Made by a program: the position numbers and the translations under genes. A stretch of 64,000 nucleotides of DNA from Phycisphaerae bacterium (GTDB lineage Bacteria > Planctomycetota > Phycisphaerae > WQYP01), in contig JBMFGW010000002.1 of assembly GCA_049977145.1 (NCBI GenBank), positions 7,451-71,450 of the forward strand, in the 5' to 3' direction. Under the pieces are notes generated by a model. It was not told the DNA's origin, searched no databases, and worked only from the letters and a program-made list of their open reading frames with translations. This document shows positions 46,073 to 55,483 of the stretch, piece after piece (the stretch's first letter is position 1; each line of letters opens with the position of its first letter).

Positions 46073-46948
46073 CTATGGCCGCAGGCGCTGTACCGGTGGT
46101 GCCGCCGGCAGCGGAATATTGTTAAGCGTAAAGGGAATGCGGTATTCCCGCCAACCAGTCAACACCTTCAATTGTAGGACTGCTTGGGGGCCGGGGTTAG
46201 CAGTCAGCGGAAGCATCAGCTTATCAATTCCTTTGGGCAGTTGCACCATAATATAGCCACCGCTAATGGCTTTTCCCTTTTGCAGCATCGTGATCGACTG
46301 AAAAACGCCGGCGGGAGCCATTATTTCGACAATGAGAAAACGCGAATGGCGAGCTTTGAAGACGCTGATAATCCGCATGCGGATATGCGCCGCCCGCAAC
46401 CCGGTATCGGATAATGGTTGCCCCATGCGCTCCAATGGATGCGCGACGGTGATAGTGGTGATTTTGCCACCCGCCGCCACATCAACCGCGCCGCTAAGTT
46501 TGCGAATCGCGGCGGCTTTTGGTGAGGGAGCGGCAAACCGCAGCAGCAAAGGAAAACCAACTTCCCCAGCCTGTTGCATACGCTCATAGACTGGACACTG
46601 CACCGGTACGACTTGCTGGAAACGCGGCGCCATGGGCCGCAGTGTATGGCCGGTATTTAATACTTCCGTAATAATGCGAAGATGATGATAAAAGTTCGGA
46701 TTTTGCAGTAATGGGCTGACCACCTGAAGGCATACTGTCAGCCCCAGATGCCGGGAAATCGCTTGCGCGTATGGCGTTTTATTGGTGGCGAAGATTAACG
46801 CGCGGCTTTCGGTTACATAGGCCACACGGGTTTGAACCAGCGGCGGCGACGTGGTGGCGACCGCCCGAACCTGCGGGCCAGTACCGCCCATAAAACATGC
46901 CGGAACCACGATGGTGATAAGTATCCAAGTACATTGTGGGAATTTCAT
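46073..46948 (-). CDS. Secreted protein of unknown function
   Basis: 291-aa ORF with the signal peptide MKFPQCTWILITIVVPACFMGG. I recognise no domain. Confidence 0.5.
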   Translation of the reverse strand: MKFPQCTWILITIVVPACFMGGTGPQVRAVATTSPPLVQTRVAYVTESRALIFATNKTPYAQAISRHLGLTVCLQVVSPLLQNPNFYHHLRIITEVLNTGHTLRPMAPRFQQVVPVQCPVYERMQQAGEVGFPLLLRFAAPSPKAAAIRKLSGAVDVAAGGKITTITVAHPLERMGQPLSDTGLRAAHIRMRIISVFKARHSRFLIVEIMAPAGVFQSITMLQKGKAISGGYIMVQLPKGIDKLMLPLTANPGPQAVLQLKVLTGWREYRIPFTLNNIPLPAAPPVQRLRP

Positions 46949-47291
46949 TATTCAAGTCTCCGCTACGACCGCCGTCCAATCCGTTATTCATACCGTCCGC
47001 CAGAAGTTTGTTGATTAATGATAGGTGTGGTCCTATTTTTTGCAAAGTCCGGCGGCTATCGTGCAATTGTCAGCATGGCCGCCAAAGTCGCCTGGACCAA
47101 GGCCACGCGGGTAAAATAAAATGTCGCAGTACGGCGTTGTGAAAACCGGTGGCAGGCTGCGGGATTGCCAAACAATATGGCCGCATGCATTGGTGATGAA
47201 ATATCGGTGGTGGCCTTGAATTACCGACGCTATGGATGTATTGTCAGACACCGGCGAATGGAATGGACTTTCGTTTTTATAAAGGTATTGC

Positions 47292-48605
47292 ATGGCGTCT
47301 GAATTGACACTTCCGGATACGTTGGGGAATACTTCCATTATCGGCCTGCAGTGGGGCGATGAGGGCAAAGGTAAAATTGTTGACCTTTTAACAGCGCAAT
47401 TTGACTTTGCGATTCGTTGGAATGGCGGCAGCAATGCCGGGCATTCGGTGAAGGTTGGTGATAAAAAATTTGCGTTTCATCTAATTCCCAGTGGTATTCT
47501 ACACCCTCAGTGCACCTCGGTGCTGGCCAACGGCGTGGTCATTGACCCCGTGCAGCTTTTGCAGGAAATGGATCAACTGGTTAGTGAGGGTGTCGCGATG
47601 GAAAGTAATCTGCGCATCAGCAGTCAGGCGCATGTGGTTATGCCCTATCATAAATTGCAGGATCAACTCTCCGAACAACGTCTGGGAGATAATAAACTCG
47701 GTACCACCGCACGGGGCATCGGGCCGTGCTATGCGGATAAGGCGGGGCGGTCCCTGGCAATCCGTATGGCTGATTTAGTTGATGAAACACGATTAAGCGA
47801 CAAAGTACAGCGCGTGGTGGCTGATAAAAATCACCTGTTCAAAGGGCTTTATGGGGCACCGCCGCTGGAATGGGCGCCAATGTTGGAGCAATACCGCGGA
47901 TATGGTCAACTGTTGCGGCCTTATGTCTGCAATACCTCCTCGCTGCTGCATCAGGCCATGGATGAGGGTAAGCGGCTGTTGTTTGAAGGGGCTAATGCGG
48001 TATTACTGGACCTGGACCACGGTACATTTCCGTTTGTCACCAGCAGCAATTGCGGTACGGGGCTTTCCGCGGGTACCGGCGTGCCGACTCAGGCGGTCAA
48101 AACGGTTTTGGGCGTGGTCAAAACATATTGCAGCCGGGTGGGAGCGGGGCCTTTCCCGACCGAACAAAATAATGCTATTGGTGAACGCATCCGTACACGC
48201 GGGCATGAATTTGGCACCACTACCGGTCGACCACGGCGTTGCGGCTGGCTGGATTTGGTAGCCTTGCGCTATGCCACGCGGATTGCCGGCGCAACCGGAC
48301 TGTGCCTCATGCTATTGGACGTGCTGTCGACATTTGATACGCTGCGCGTCTGCACGGGTTATAAAATTGCCGGGCACATGACCAACACATTTCCACCTGA
48401 TGCGTATGAATTACAAAAGGCCGAACCGGTTTATCAGGATCTACCGGGTTGGCATGAACCGCTTGATGAGGTTCGAACCTTGGCGGATTTGCCGGTCAAT
48501 GCCCGTAACTATCTGGATATCATTGCCGCGTATGTCCAGGTGCCGATCCGGATTGTCAGCGTTGGTCCGGCCCGGCATCAAACGCTGATTTGCCCGGCGC
48601 ATTAG
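47292..48605 (+). CDS. purA: Adenylosuccinate synthase
   Basis: GLQWGDEGKGKIVD, NGGSNAGHSV, TTARGIGPCY and GTTTGRPRRCGW are all present. Confidence 0.95.
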   Translation: MASELTLPDTLGNTSIIGLQWGDEGKGKIVDLLTAQFDFAIRWNGGSNAGHSVKVGDKKFAFHLIPSGILHPQCTSVLANGVVIDPVQLLQEMDQLVSEGVAMESNLRISSQAHVVMPYHKLQDQLSEQRLGDNKLGTTARGIGPCYADKAGRSLAIRMADLVDETRLSDKVQRVVADKNHLFKGLYGAPPLEWAPMLEQYRGYGQLLRPYVCNTSSLLHQAMDEGKRLLFEGANAVLLDLDHGTFPFVTSSNCGTGLSAGTGVPTQAVKTVLGVVKTYCSRVGAGPFPTEQNNAIGERIRTRGHEFGTTTGRPRRCGWLDLVALRYATRIAGATGLCLMLLDVLSTFDTLRVCTGYKIAGHMTNTFPPDAYELQKAEPVYQDLPGWHEPLDEVRTLADLPVNARNYLDIIAAYVQVPIRIVSVGPARHQTLICPAH

Positions 48606-48658
48606 ATGCCGCGCGGTCCTGGTTAGTATTGTGGTCCAGCAGTTAAAAGTGGAGTTGC

Positions 48659-49402
48659 ATGAGCACCCATCTCCCACATTCTGAGTCGGAAAAAATACTG
48701 GTCCCCCGCCTGCCGGGGCATGTCGCTGTCATTATGGACGGCAATGGCCGTTGGGCCAGACGACGGGGCAAACCTCGTACGGAAGGCCATCGCGCCGGGG
48801 CTGTGGCCGCACGGGAAATTGTGGAGCATGCGGCCCGTCTGGGGCTTAAGCAACTCACGCTTTACAGTTTTTCCGTGGAAAATTGGAGTCGCCCCGCCGC
48901 TGAAGTCAATACGCTCATGCGGCTGTATATCGACTACCTGATTAGTGAGCGCCCGGTCATGCTGAAAAATAATATCCGCTTTCGGCAAATTGGCCGACGG
49001 GAAGGACTTCCACCTGCGGTTTTAGAAGAATTAGATCGCACCATTGCCGCGCTGGATCAGAACACCGGCATGACATTATGTCTGGCGGTCAATTATGGTT
49101 CCCGCGCGGAAATTACCGATGCCGTACGGGCGATAGCCCGCAAGGTACAAGCTGGAATACTCCCTGCCGATGCGATCAATGAAGAGACCATTGCCCAACA
49201 TCTTTACACGGCCGCAATGCCCGATCCGGATTTGCTTATTCGTACCGCCGGTGAAATGCGCGTAAGTAATTATCTGCTCTGGCAGATCAGTTATGCGGAG
49301 CTGTTTGTCACCGATGTCTATTGGCCCGATTTTACCGCAGCCGAGTTTGACCGTGCGCTGGCGGATTATGCCCGCCGCGAACGCCGCTTCGGTGGATTGT
49401 AG
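48659..49402 (+). CDS. uppS: Isoprenyl transferase (undecaprenyl-diphosphate synthase family)
   Basis: HVAVIMDGNGRWA, LTLYSFSVENWSRP and IRTAGEMRVSNYLLWQISYAEL are present. Confidence 0.95.
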   Translation: MSTHLPHSESEKILVPRLPGHVAVIMDGNGRWARRRGKPRTEGHRAGAVAAREIVEHAARLGLKQLTLYSFSVENWSRPAAEVNTLMRLYIDYLISERPVMLKNNIRFRQIGRREGLPPAVLEELDRTIAALDQNTGMTLCLAVNYGSRAEITDAVRAIARKVQAGILPADAINEETIAQHLYTAAMPDPDLLIRTAGEMRVSNYLLWQISYAELFVTDVYWPDFTAAEFDRALADYARRERRFGGL

Positions 49403-49660
49403 CCCCTTACCCGGCCCTTTTATTATTATTTCCCCACCCCAAACCGCGCAAAGTGCAAAGTGAGGGCTACGCGACAGGATTGAGGCATTTTTCCCGGCAG
49501 GCTTTAATGCTGTGGCCATCCCGGCGCCTGGCCTGATGGAAATGTCAACACCACGTTAATCCAATTTCTTGGCACGCCACCTTCAGCACCGCCACGCCTT
49601 GCGGGGGCCAGCGTCCGCCGGCGGGGGCGGAATTTGTAGATTCGATTATAATTCAACACC

Positions 49661-51655
49661 ATGAAACACCTGCGATCCATGATTTTAAAACTCTTGCCGA
49701 TTATCGCGCTGACAATACCACTGTTATTGATCTGGAACATAGCGCATGGCCGGGCGGGTGGTGGAGAAGGTTTTGGCGGCGGCGGAGGTTTCAGTGGTGG
49801 TGAGGGAGGTGGTGGAGGCGGTGGAGGCGGCATCATAATCTGGTTAATTATTGAATACTTGGTAATTGAACATCCCGTCATCGGCATTCCAGTACTTATC
49901 ATCGCGGGCATTTTTTACTACCAAACGCACACTTCCGTCGCCGGATACGTCCGTGATCAGCGCACACAATCGGGCCTTGCCGCGGTGGATGAAAATGCGG
50001 AAGCCACCGCGCTACAGGAACTGCAGCAGTCCGATCCCGCCTTTGATCTACAAAAATTCTATGGCCGGGTCAATACAGGCTTTCTTAAAATTCAGGACGC
50101 CTGGTGCACCCAGAATCTTCAAACCATTCGCCCCTTTATTTCTGATGGTGTGCAGGAACGCTTCGGCCTGCAATTCACAGAACAAAAACTCGATGCCGTG
50201 CATGACCGCATGCGGGATATTCAAGTGCGGGGTATTCAGATGGTGCAATTGATCCATGACCAGGTGTTTGATTCCGCCACCGTTCGTATCATCGCCTCGG
50301 CCGTGGATCAAACGATATCCACTGTGGATGGCCGTGTGATTTCCGGATCCGATGAGGCGGAGGAATTTACGGAATATTGGTCCTTTTTGCGGCGCCGGGG
50401 GGCCACAACCCCCAATGGTGCCGGACTCATTGAAGGCCACTGCCCCAATTGCGGCGCGGCCATTGCAATCAATGAGGGGGCGCAATGTCAAAGCTGCCAC
50501 GCGTTGCTACGCAGTGGTCAATACGACTGGGTATTGGCGGAGATTACCCAAGGCTCAGAATGGGTGCCGGAAACTTCAGCCGCTACGCCCGGTTTGCCGG
50601 AAATGCAAACGCGTGATCCCAATTTCACGCTCGCCGGCTTGGAAGATCGCGTATCGGTCATTTTCTGGCGGAAGGTGCTGGCGGATCGCCTGGGCAAAGT
50701 TGATCCACTACGGAAAGTAGCCGCTGCATCTTTCCTGCAACGGTATGGTCCACTTCTGGCTATGCAATCCAATGGGGTGCGCGCTTTCTGGGGTGATTGC
50801 GCGGTGGGGACGGTGCGGACGATTGGCGTGCTGGGCGGCTCTCCTATGGACCGCGCGCTGGTGGAAGTGCGCTGGTCCAGCCGACGCTATCAGACCGACG
50901 CTTCCGGGAAAGCGCAAAAAACGCCGCAGAGCAATTTGGCTCGGCATCTGATGGTGCTGGAACGCCAATTTGGCGTGAAGACGGATCCCGATCAAGGCAT
51001 TTCCTCCGCGCATTGCCCCAAATGCGGCGCGCCGGTCATGGACGATATTTCCAATGCGTGCAGCTTTTGCGGCACTGTGCTCAATGATGGTACCTCCGCT
51101 TGGATTCTTCTGGATATGCTGCCTGTGCACGGCCAGGCAGCCCAAGAACTGCTAGGGCAATTGGCCGCAAGCCAACCTACGAGCTCCGATTCCGTCGCGC
51201 AACCGGTGACGGACCCACCGCATATACCGCCGCCGTCCAGCGGGCTGCTGGCTTGGATGGTTCAATGCGTGGCGTCCAATGGCGATATAGATGAAGCCGA
51301 AGAACGTATGTTGCGGCATACGGCGGATCGCCGTGGCGTCAGTGAGGAACAATTGCAGCGGATGCTGGATGCGGCCGCGCATGGTCAACTGCAGGTCACC
51401 GAACCGAAAACTCCCGACGCCATTCAGCGCTGGCTGGGGGCAATGGTAACGGCGGCATTATCAGATGGCGAAATAACGTCAACGGAACAGCAGCTTATCA
51501 CCCGAGTTGGACAAAAATACGGATTAAGCGCATACGATATCAAGATGCTCATTCGCCGACAGCAGGATCAACTGTATGCCACCGCTAAAAATGCGCTAAG
51601 TGATCGTCGCCGACGGTTACGCTCGGCAACGGTCAGCACCGTCGGTTCCGCGTGA
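49661..51655 (+). CDS. Membrane-anchored poly-Gly / 2 x (Tim44-like + zinc ribbon) / TerB-like protein
   Basis: A signal/anchor (ILKLLPIIALTIPLLLIW) is followed by a Gly tract at 49748-49831 and a second helix. Then come a Tim44-like block (FDLQKFYGRVNTGFLKIQDAWCTQNLQTIRPFISDGV) + CPNCG...CQSCH, and a second similar block (FTLAGLEDRVSVIFWRKVLAD) + CPKCG...CSFCG. The C-terminal LLAWMVQCVASNGDIDEAEERML / AMVTAALSDGEITSTEQQLI repeats are typical of TerB-like domains. Confidence 0.6.
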   Translation: MKHLRSMILKLLPIIALTIPLLLIWNIAHGRAGGGEGFGGGGGFSGGEGGGGGGGGGIIIWLIIEYLVIEHPVIGIPVLIIAGIFYYQTHTSVAGYVRDQRTQSGLAAVDENAEATALQELQQSDPAFDLQKFYGRVNTGFLKIQDAWCTQNLQTIRPFISDGVQERFGLQFTEQKLDAVHDRMRDIQVRGIQMVQLIHDQVFDSATVRIIASAVDQTISTVDGRVISGSDEAEEFTEYWSFLRRRGATTPNGAGLIEGHCPNCGAAIAINEGAQCQSCHALLRSGQYDWVLAEITQGSEWVPETSAATPGLPEMQTRDPNFTLAGLEDRVSVIFWRKVLADRLGKVDPLRKVAAASFLQRYGPLLAMQSNGVRAFWGDCAVGTVRTIGVLGGSPMDRALVEVRWSSRRYQTDASGKAQKTPQSNLARHLMVLERQFGVKTDPDQGISSAHCPKCGAPVMDDISNACSFCGTVLNDGTSAWILLDMLPVHGQAAQELLGQLAASQPTSSDSVAQPVTDPPHIPPPSSGLLAWMVQCVASNGDIDEAEERMLRHTADRRGVSEEQLQRMLDAAAHGQLQVTEPKTPDAIQRWLGAMVTAALSDGEITSTEQQLITRVGQKYGLSAYDIKMLIRRQQDQLYATAKNALSDRRRRLRSATVSTVGSA

Positions 51656-51862
51656 GTCTACAGGCCGCTTGATGGTGCGTGCGACATTTTTTCGCATGGA
51701 GGCATTAAAAGAGGTCCTGCCATCGCCTGGCGGAGTCGACGAGAATCGCGGCCTCCGGAAGCTGGAACAAAAAACTCTTACGCCGCGAATATCTTCAGAT
51801 GTGACCGATATTGCGACGTGTCCTTGCGGAAATACCCCATGTGGGCGTACCATAATCTGGTT

Positions 51863-52291
51863 ATGACTGATCGGGAAAAACATTTTCGCTGGGCGTCCGT
51901 GGTTTCAGCTCTTTGGCTGATTGGCGCGGCCCTGGTTGCTAATGCACTGGTGATAATGTGGATACATTGGCAGCCCGGCACTGCGGAGGCTGGTGGGGTT
52001 TTGATGGCGGCGCCGATGCCACCGCTGGTCGGTCATGGCAAAACCGTGGCGGGCCCAATAAAGGTTGTTCCAACACAACTCTCGGCAACGCATTGGGGTG
52101 TGGTGTTGGTCGATACCCACAATGATGTTTTCGCGATATATCGGTTTGTGGGCACGCAATGCCGGATTCAACTTATGGCCAGCCGGGATTTTCGATCGGA
52201 CCTGCAATTGAAGGATTTCAATAATTTGGCGCCGACCCCCGCACAGGTAAAGGCGATGGTGACGGCCGGAAAAGCCTTAACGCAACCCTGA
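51863..52291 (+). CDS. Signal-anchored protein of unknown function
   Basis: The ORF has one N-terminal TM helix (WASVVSALWLIGAALVANALVIMWI) and a beta-rich domain of about 95 aa. The start is ambiguous (GTG 51818, ATG 51839 or ATG 51863). Confidence 0.45.
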   Translation: MTDREKHFRWASVVSALWLIGAALVANALVIMWIHWQPGTAEAGGVLMAAPMPPLVGHGKTVAGPIKVVPTQLSATHWGVVLVDTHNDVFAIYRFVGTQCRIQLMASRDFRSDLQLKDFNNLAPTPAQVKAMVTAGKALTQP

Positions 52292-52409
52292 CACTGCAGG
52301 AATAGAGGTGGCGTTCAATATCATCCCAATACGGGCTGGACGTGCTGCGGGAACTTCTGGTATAATCAAGCAGATGTAATGGTTCAGGCGTCATAACGAG
52401 GAGTAACTC

Positions 52410-53378
52410 ATGGCAAAAATGTTTTACAGCGCCGAAGAAGCGAGCGCGAAACTCAATTTGGCCGCGGATAAGATCAAAGAACTCGTGGAGAAAAATAAGC
52501 TTCGCGAATTTCGTGATGGTAATCGGGTTATGTTCAAGGTGGATCAGGTGGATCGCTTGGCCACTGATATGCAGGGCGGAACACTGGACGAAGGCATGAT
52601 TGAACTGGCGCCGCTATCAGGCACCGGTAATCCTATTCTCAATGCCAGTGATGCCACAGCGGGTGGTACTGCGGCGGGTTCCATGTCTGGTTCACTTTCC
52701 GGCAGTAAAGCCGGGCAATCCGCGATTGGCAAAGCTCCAGGCAAGGCGGATACCGGTTTACCATTACAGTCTCCGAAAAAACCGGTAAAGGTTTTTGATG
52801 AAAGCGAAGTCAAACCAACCGATGCCAGCGCCCAAACCCAGATATCTTCCCCGCTGGATGAATCCATATCTCCGTCGGGGTTGGATTCGGTAGGCAGCGG
52901 TTCAGGACTGCTTGATTTGACTCGCGAAAGCGACAATACAAGTCTGGGCGCGGAACTGCTTGAAGAAATTTACCCAGGCGATCATTCGGTGGCCGGGCAA
53001 TCCGGAGTGGGATCCGCTTCGGGTGTTTTTGATCAGCCTTCCGCCGGCGCGCCGGCATCGTCGGATTCGGGTATCGCGGTGGCCGCGGGATCTGAGGGCA
53101 AAGCGGCAGCGGCTTCCACAGCGACCTTACCGGCGCCCACGTACGCTCCAATGTTTGAAGCATCGGATGCTTCTGCCGGCCTTTTTGGCGGTCTGGCTTT
53201 GGGAGCATCCTTTGTGATGGTGTTAACGTTGATCGCGGTGGCTGGAGCGTTTCAAGGCTTTGTGCCAACCTGGGTGCCGTTTCTGGCTAAAAATGTGCTG
53301 ATGTTTGTTGCGTTTCTAGTGGTGATTGCAGCATTACTGGCCGGAGCCGGCTATCTCGCCGGGAAGGCCGCGGATTAA
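52410..53378 (+). CDS. N-terminal excisionase/MerR-type HTH protein with low-complexity linker and C-terminal TM helices
   Basis: A strong RBS (GAGGAG) precedes the ATG. The N-terminal FYSAEEASAKLNLAADKIKELVEKNKLREFRDGNRVMFK matches the short HTH_17-like fold. A Ser/Gly/Ala-rich linker of about 200 aa follows, then two C-terminal TM helices. Confidence 0.6.
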   Translation: MAKMFYSAEEASAKLNLAADKIKELVEKNKLREFRDGNRVMFKVDQVDRLATDMQGGTLDEGMIELAPLSGTGNPILNASDATAGGTAAGSMSGSLSGSKAGQSAIGKAPGKADTGLPLQSPKKPVKVFDESEVKPTDASAQTQISSPLDESISPSGLDSVGSGSGLLDLTRESDNTSLGAELLEEIYPGDHSVAGQSGVGSASGVFDQPSAGAPASSDSGIAVAAGSEGKAAAASTATLPAPTYAPMFEASDASAGLFGGLALGASFVMVLTLIAVAGAFQGFVPTWVPFLAKNVLMFVAFLVVIAALLAGAGYLAGKAAD

Positions 53379-53583
53379 TGATCAACCCGGTCGATGACCT
53401 GCGGCAATTTATTCGCACTTGGAGCGTTAATAATTTAGTGGAAGGGTATGGATTCTCGGGCTGGCAATGTGTCGGCATAGTTCCATTCCCGGTTATTTTT
53501 TGCCGCACGCTTTACTATTTTGACAGATTCGTTGAAACTAGTGGGTTGTTGAAAGTGTTGCGGAATGAAAACTTCTGGAGATC

Positions 53584-54534
53584 ATGTTTATGAATCGAAC
53601 AATTAAACAAAAACTCATCACGACTACGTTGTTGGTTGGTCTGACCGGCGGACTGCTGGGCGTGACAGGTTGCGTTTCGGAAAATCAGTATCAGCGTTTA
53701 CAGACTGCCTTTGATCAGGCCAAATCGCAACTGGCGGCCGATCAAAATGAACTGCTTCGTCTGCGCGGAGAAATTTCAACCTTGCAGCAGAAGTTGGCGG
53801 AAGATGAACAACTGCTCCACGCCCAGGGCGGCGGAACCGCAGCGCTGCAAAGTGAAATTGCCGCGCTCAAAGAACGGCTTGCTAAATTGCGTGGACAATA
53901 TAATCGGCTCCTGGCGCTGGCGGGTGGCGCCCCGCAGTTGCCCGCATCCGTCAACAACGCCCTGGAGCGCCTGGCGGAACAATATCCCAACCTTCTGGAA
54001 TATAATAAAAAATTGGGTCTGTTGCGTTTCAAGAGCGATCTGCTTTTCGCCCTCGGCAGTACCGAAGTGCGGCCTGACGCGCAACGTGCCTTGTCCGAGT
54101 TTGCGCAAATTCTCAATATGCGGGGTATTTCGGATAATGAAATCCGCATCGTCGGCAACACCGATGATGTTCCGATTCGGCGTAACCGTAATACCGTTAT
54201 GAATCCCACCAACTGGTATCTTTCCACCAATCGTGCCATCTCGGTTATGTACATTCTCAAGCATGACGGTGTCATTGACCGCCGAATGCAGGTTGCCGGA
54301 TGGGGTAAAACCCATCCGATTGCGCCTAACGCTCCCCATCATCGTGGCAACGCTTTGAACCGCCGGGTGGATATCTTTATTCTTCCGATCAAACTTAAAT
54401 ATAATCCGTATGTTCCGGCTTCCGAGCAGGTAGTTCCATCCGACAACGCCACCAATCTCGCCCCGGCACAAAGCGTGCCGAATATGACCGGCAATCCACC
54501 CATGACGGTACCAGTTCCTGCGGGAAGTAACTAA
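53584..54534 (+). CDS. OmpA/MotB-family peptidoglycan-binding lipoprotein with coiled-coil
   Basis: Carries the lipobox-like LLGVTGCVS and a heptad-rich segment of about 90 aa. The OmpA_C signatures are present (GNTDDVPI, NWYLSTNRAISV, GWGKTHPIAPN, NRRVDI). Confidence 0.8.
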   Translation: MFMNRTIKQKLITTTLLVGLTGGLLGVTGCVSENQYQRLQTAFDQAKSQLAADQNELLRLRGEISTLQQKLAEDEQLLHAQGGGTAALQSEIAALKERLAKLRGQYNRLLALAGGAPQLPASVNNALERLAEQYPNLLEYNKKLGLLRFKSDLLFALGSTEVRPDAQRALSEFAQILNMRGISDNEIRIVGNTDDVPIRRNRNTVMNPTNWYLSTNRAISVMYILKHDGVIDRRMQVAGWGKTHPIAPNAPHHRGNALNRRVDIFILPIKLKYNPYVPASEQVVPSDNATNLAPAQSVPNMTGNPPMTVPVPAGSN

Positions 54535-54760
54535 ACGGTCGTGGTAATTTTCGGGTAACTATGCGCGGTGGCGCAACGGCGGCTGGCCTTTTGGGGTAGC
54601 AACCTGATAATGTGGCGACGCTTGATTCCACGACGGTTCAGGTGCTTTGGTAGCCGTTCGCGGCGGTACCGCTCCCTTACGGCCGCGGCTCTGTCTGTCA
54701 CCGTGCGCACACCGGCTGCGGTACGGCTTTTTCGGAGCGGAAATATGGAGCTACTTGTCA

Positions 54761-55474
54761 ATGAGCCAATCCGAAGTTGAAATTCCGGCTTTGTGGCGAC
54801 ATCCAGCGCCAGTACATTTTGATTCCCAATGGCCACGGTGGGCTAAATTTCTTGTGGTCTTCATGGCCATGGCAATAGCGTTTGTCATCGACAAGCCTGT
54901 GGCGCACTGGGCGCTGGGAAATCCGATTACTTTCAAATCCGATATCAATCTTGAAATGATCATGCTCATGCAGTGGGGACAATGGACCTGCTCCGTGTTG
55001 GTGATTCTGGCCGTGGCGCTGTTGGATAAAAAAGGGCGACGGCGGGCCATCGCGTTGGCCATTGGATGCCTCAGCGCGGTGGCGCTGTGTTATCTGACGA
55101 AAGGTTTGTGTGGTCGCGCCAGGCCATGGATTCTCACGGAGGGGAAATATGGGTTCTATGGGCCGGCGTACGGGTTCGCTTCGGCGGCATATCAATCATT
55201 TCCCAGCGCGCATACCAGCGGAGCGTTTGCCCTGGCGGCGGGATTATCATGGTTTTATCCGCGCGGACGGGCGCTATTTTATGGTTTGGCGCTGGATGTG
55301 GCATTTCAGCGGGTGTTCCGGCATGATCACTATCCCTCGGACGTGATTGCCGGTGGATTGCTGGCGGTCACAATTGTCCGCAGTGTGCTGGCCAAGAGTT
55401 GGCCGGGGCGATTCATCGCCGCTCTGCCGAAACCATGGCAGCGCTGGATTTTCACGGCCAATAATGTGGAATAA
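54761..55474 (+). CDS. PAP2-family phosphatase (membrane)
   Basis: The three PAP2 motifs are present: KGLCGRARP, PSAHTS and RVFRHDHYPSD. The ATG at 54761 is preferred; the Arg-rich N-terminal extension of the track ORF is rejected. Confidence 0.8.
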   Translation: MSQSEVEIPALWRHPAPVHFDSQWPRWAKFLVVFMAMAIAFVIDKPVAHWALGNPITFKSDINLEMIMLMQWGQWTCSVLVILAVALLDKKGRRRAIALAIGCLSAVALCYLTKGLCGRARPWILTEGKYGFYGPAYGFASAAYQSFPSAHTSGAFALAAGLSWFYPRGRALFYGLALDVAFQRVFRHDHYPSDVIAGGLLAVTIVRSVLAKSWPGRFIAALPKPWQRWIFTANNVE

Positions 55475-55483
55475 TAGCACACT

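Noticed and set aside
47033-47293. 87-aa minus-strand ORF (MQYLYKNESPFHSPV...CGHIVWQS...GGHADNCTIAAGLCKK) upstream of the 46073-46948 gene, sharing its ATG position with the purA start on the other strand
   Set aside because: It could be a real small protein co-transcribed with the downstream secreted protein. However, I recognise no family and see no clear RBS, and it occupies what should be the purA promoter region. I left it uncalled; conservation or ribosome-profiling data would be needed.
48470-48479. tRNA T-loop-like GGTTCGAACC (and GGTTCAAATCC near 14929)
   Set aside because: Both lie inside well-supported CDSs (purA and the Wzx-like flippase). I could not fold a cloverleaf or acceptor stem around them. 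I found no tRNA or rRNA gene in the window by eye, but a tRNAscan/Infernal run is needed to be sure.
49504-49911. 135-aa minus-strand ORF with a striking poly-Pro run (PPPPPPPPPSPPLKPPPPPKPSPP)
   Set aside because: It is the reverse complement of the GGN-rich Gly tract of the plus-strand Tim44/TerB gene. It has no independent start context. The same applies to the poly-Pro ORF at 42229-42546, opposite the DUF4175-like gene.
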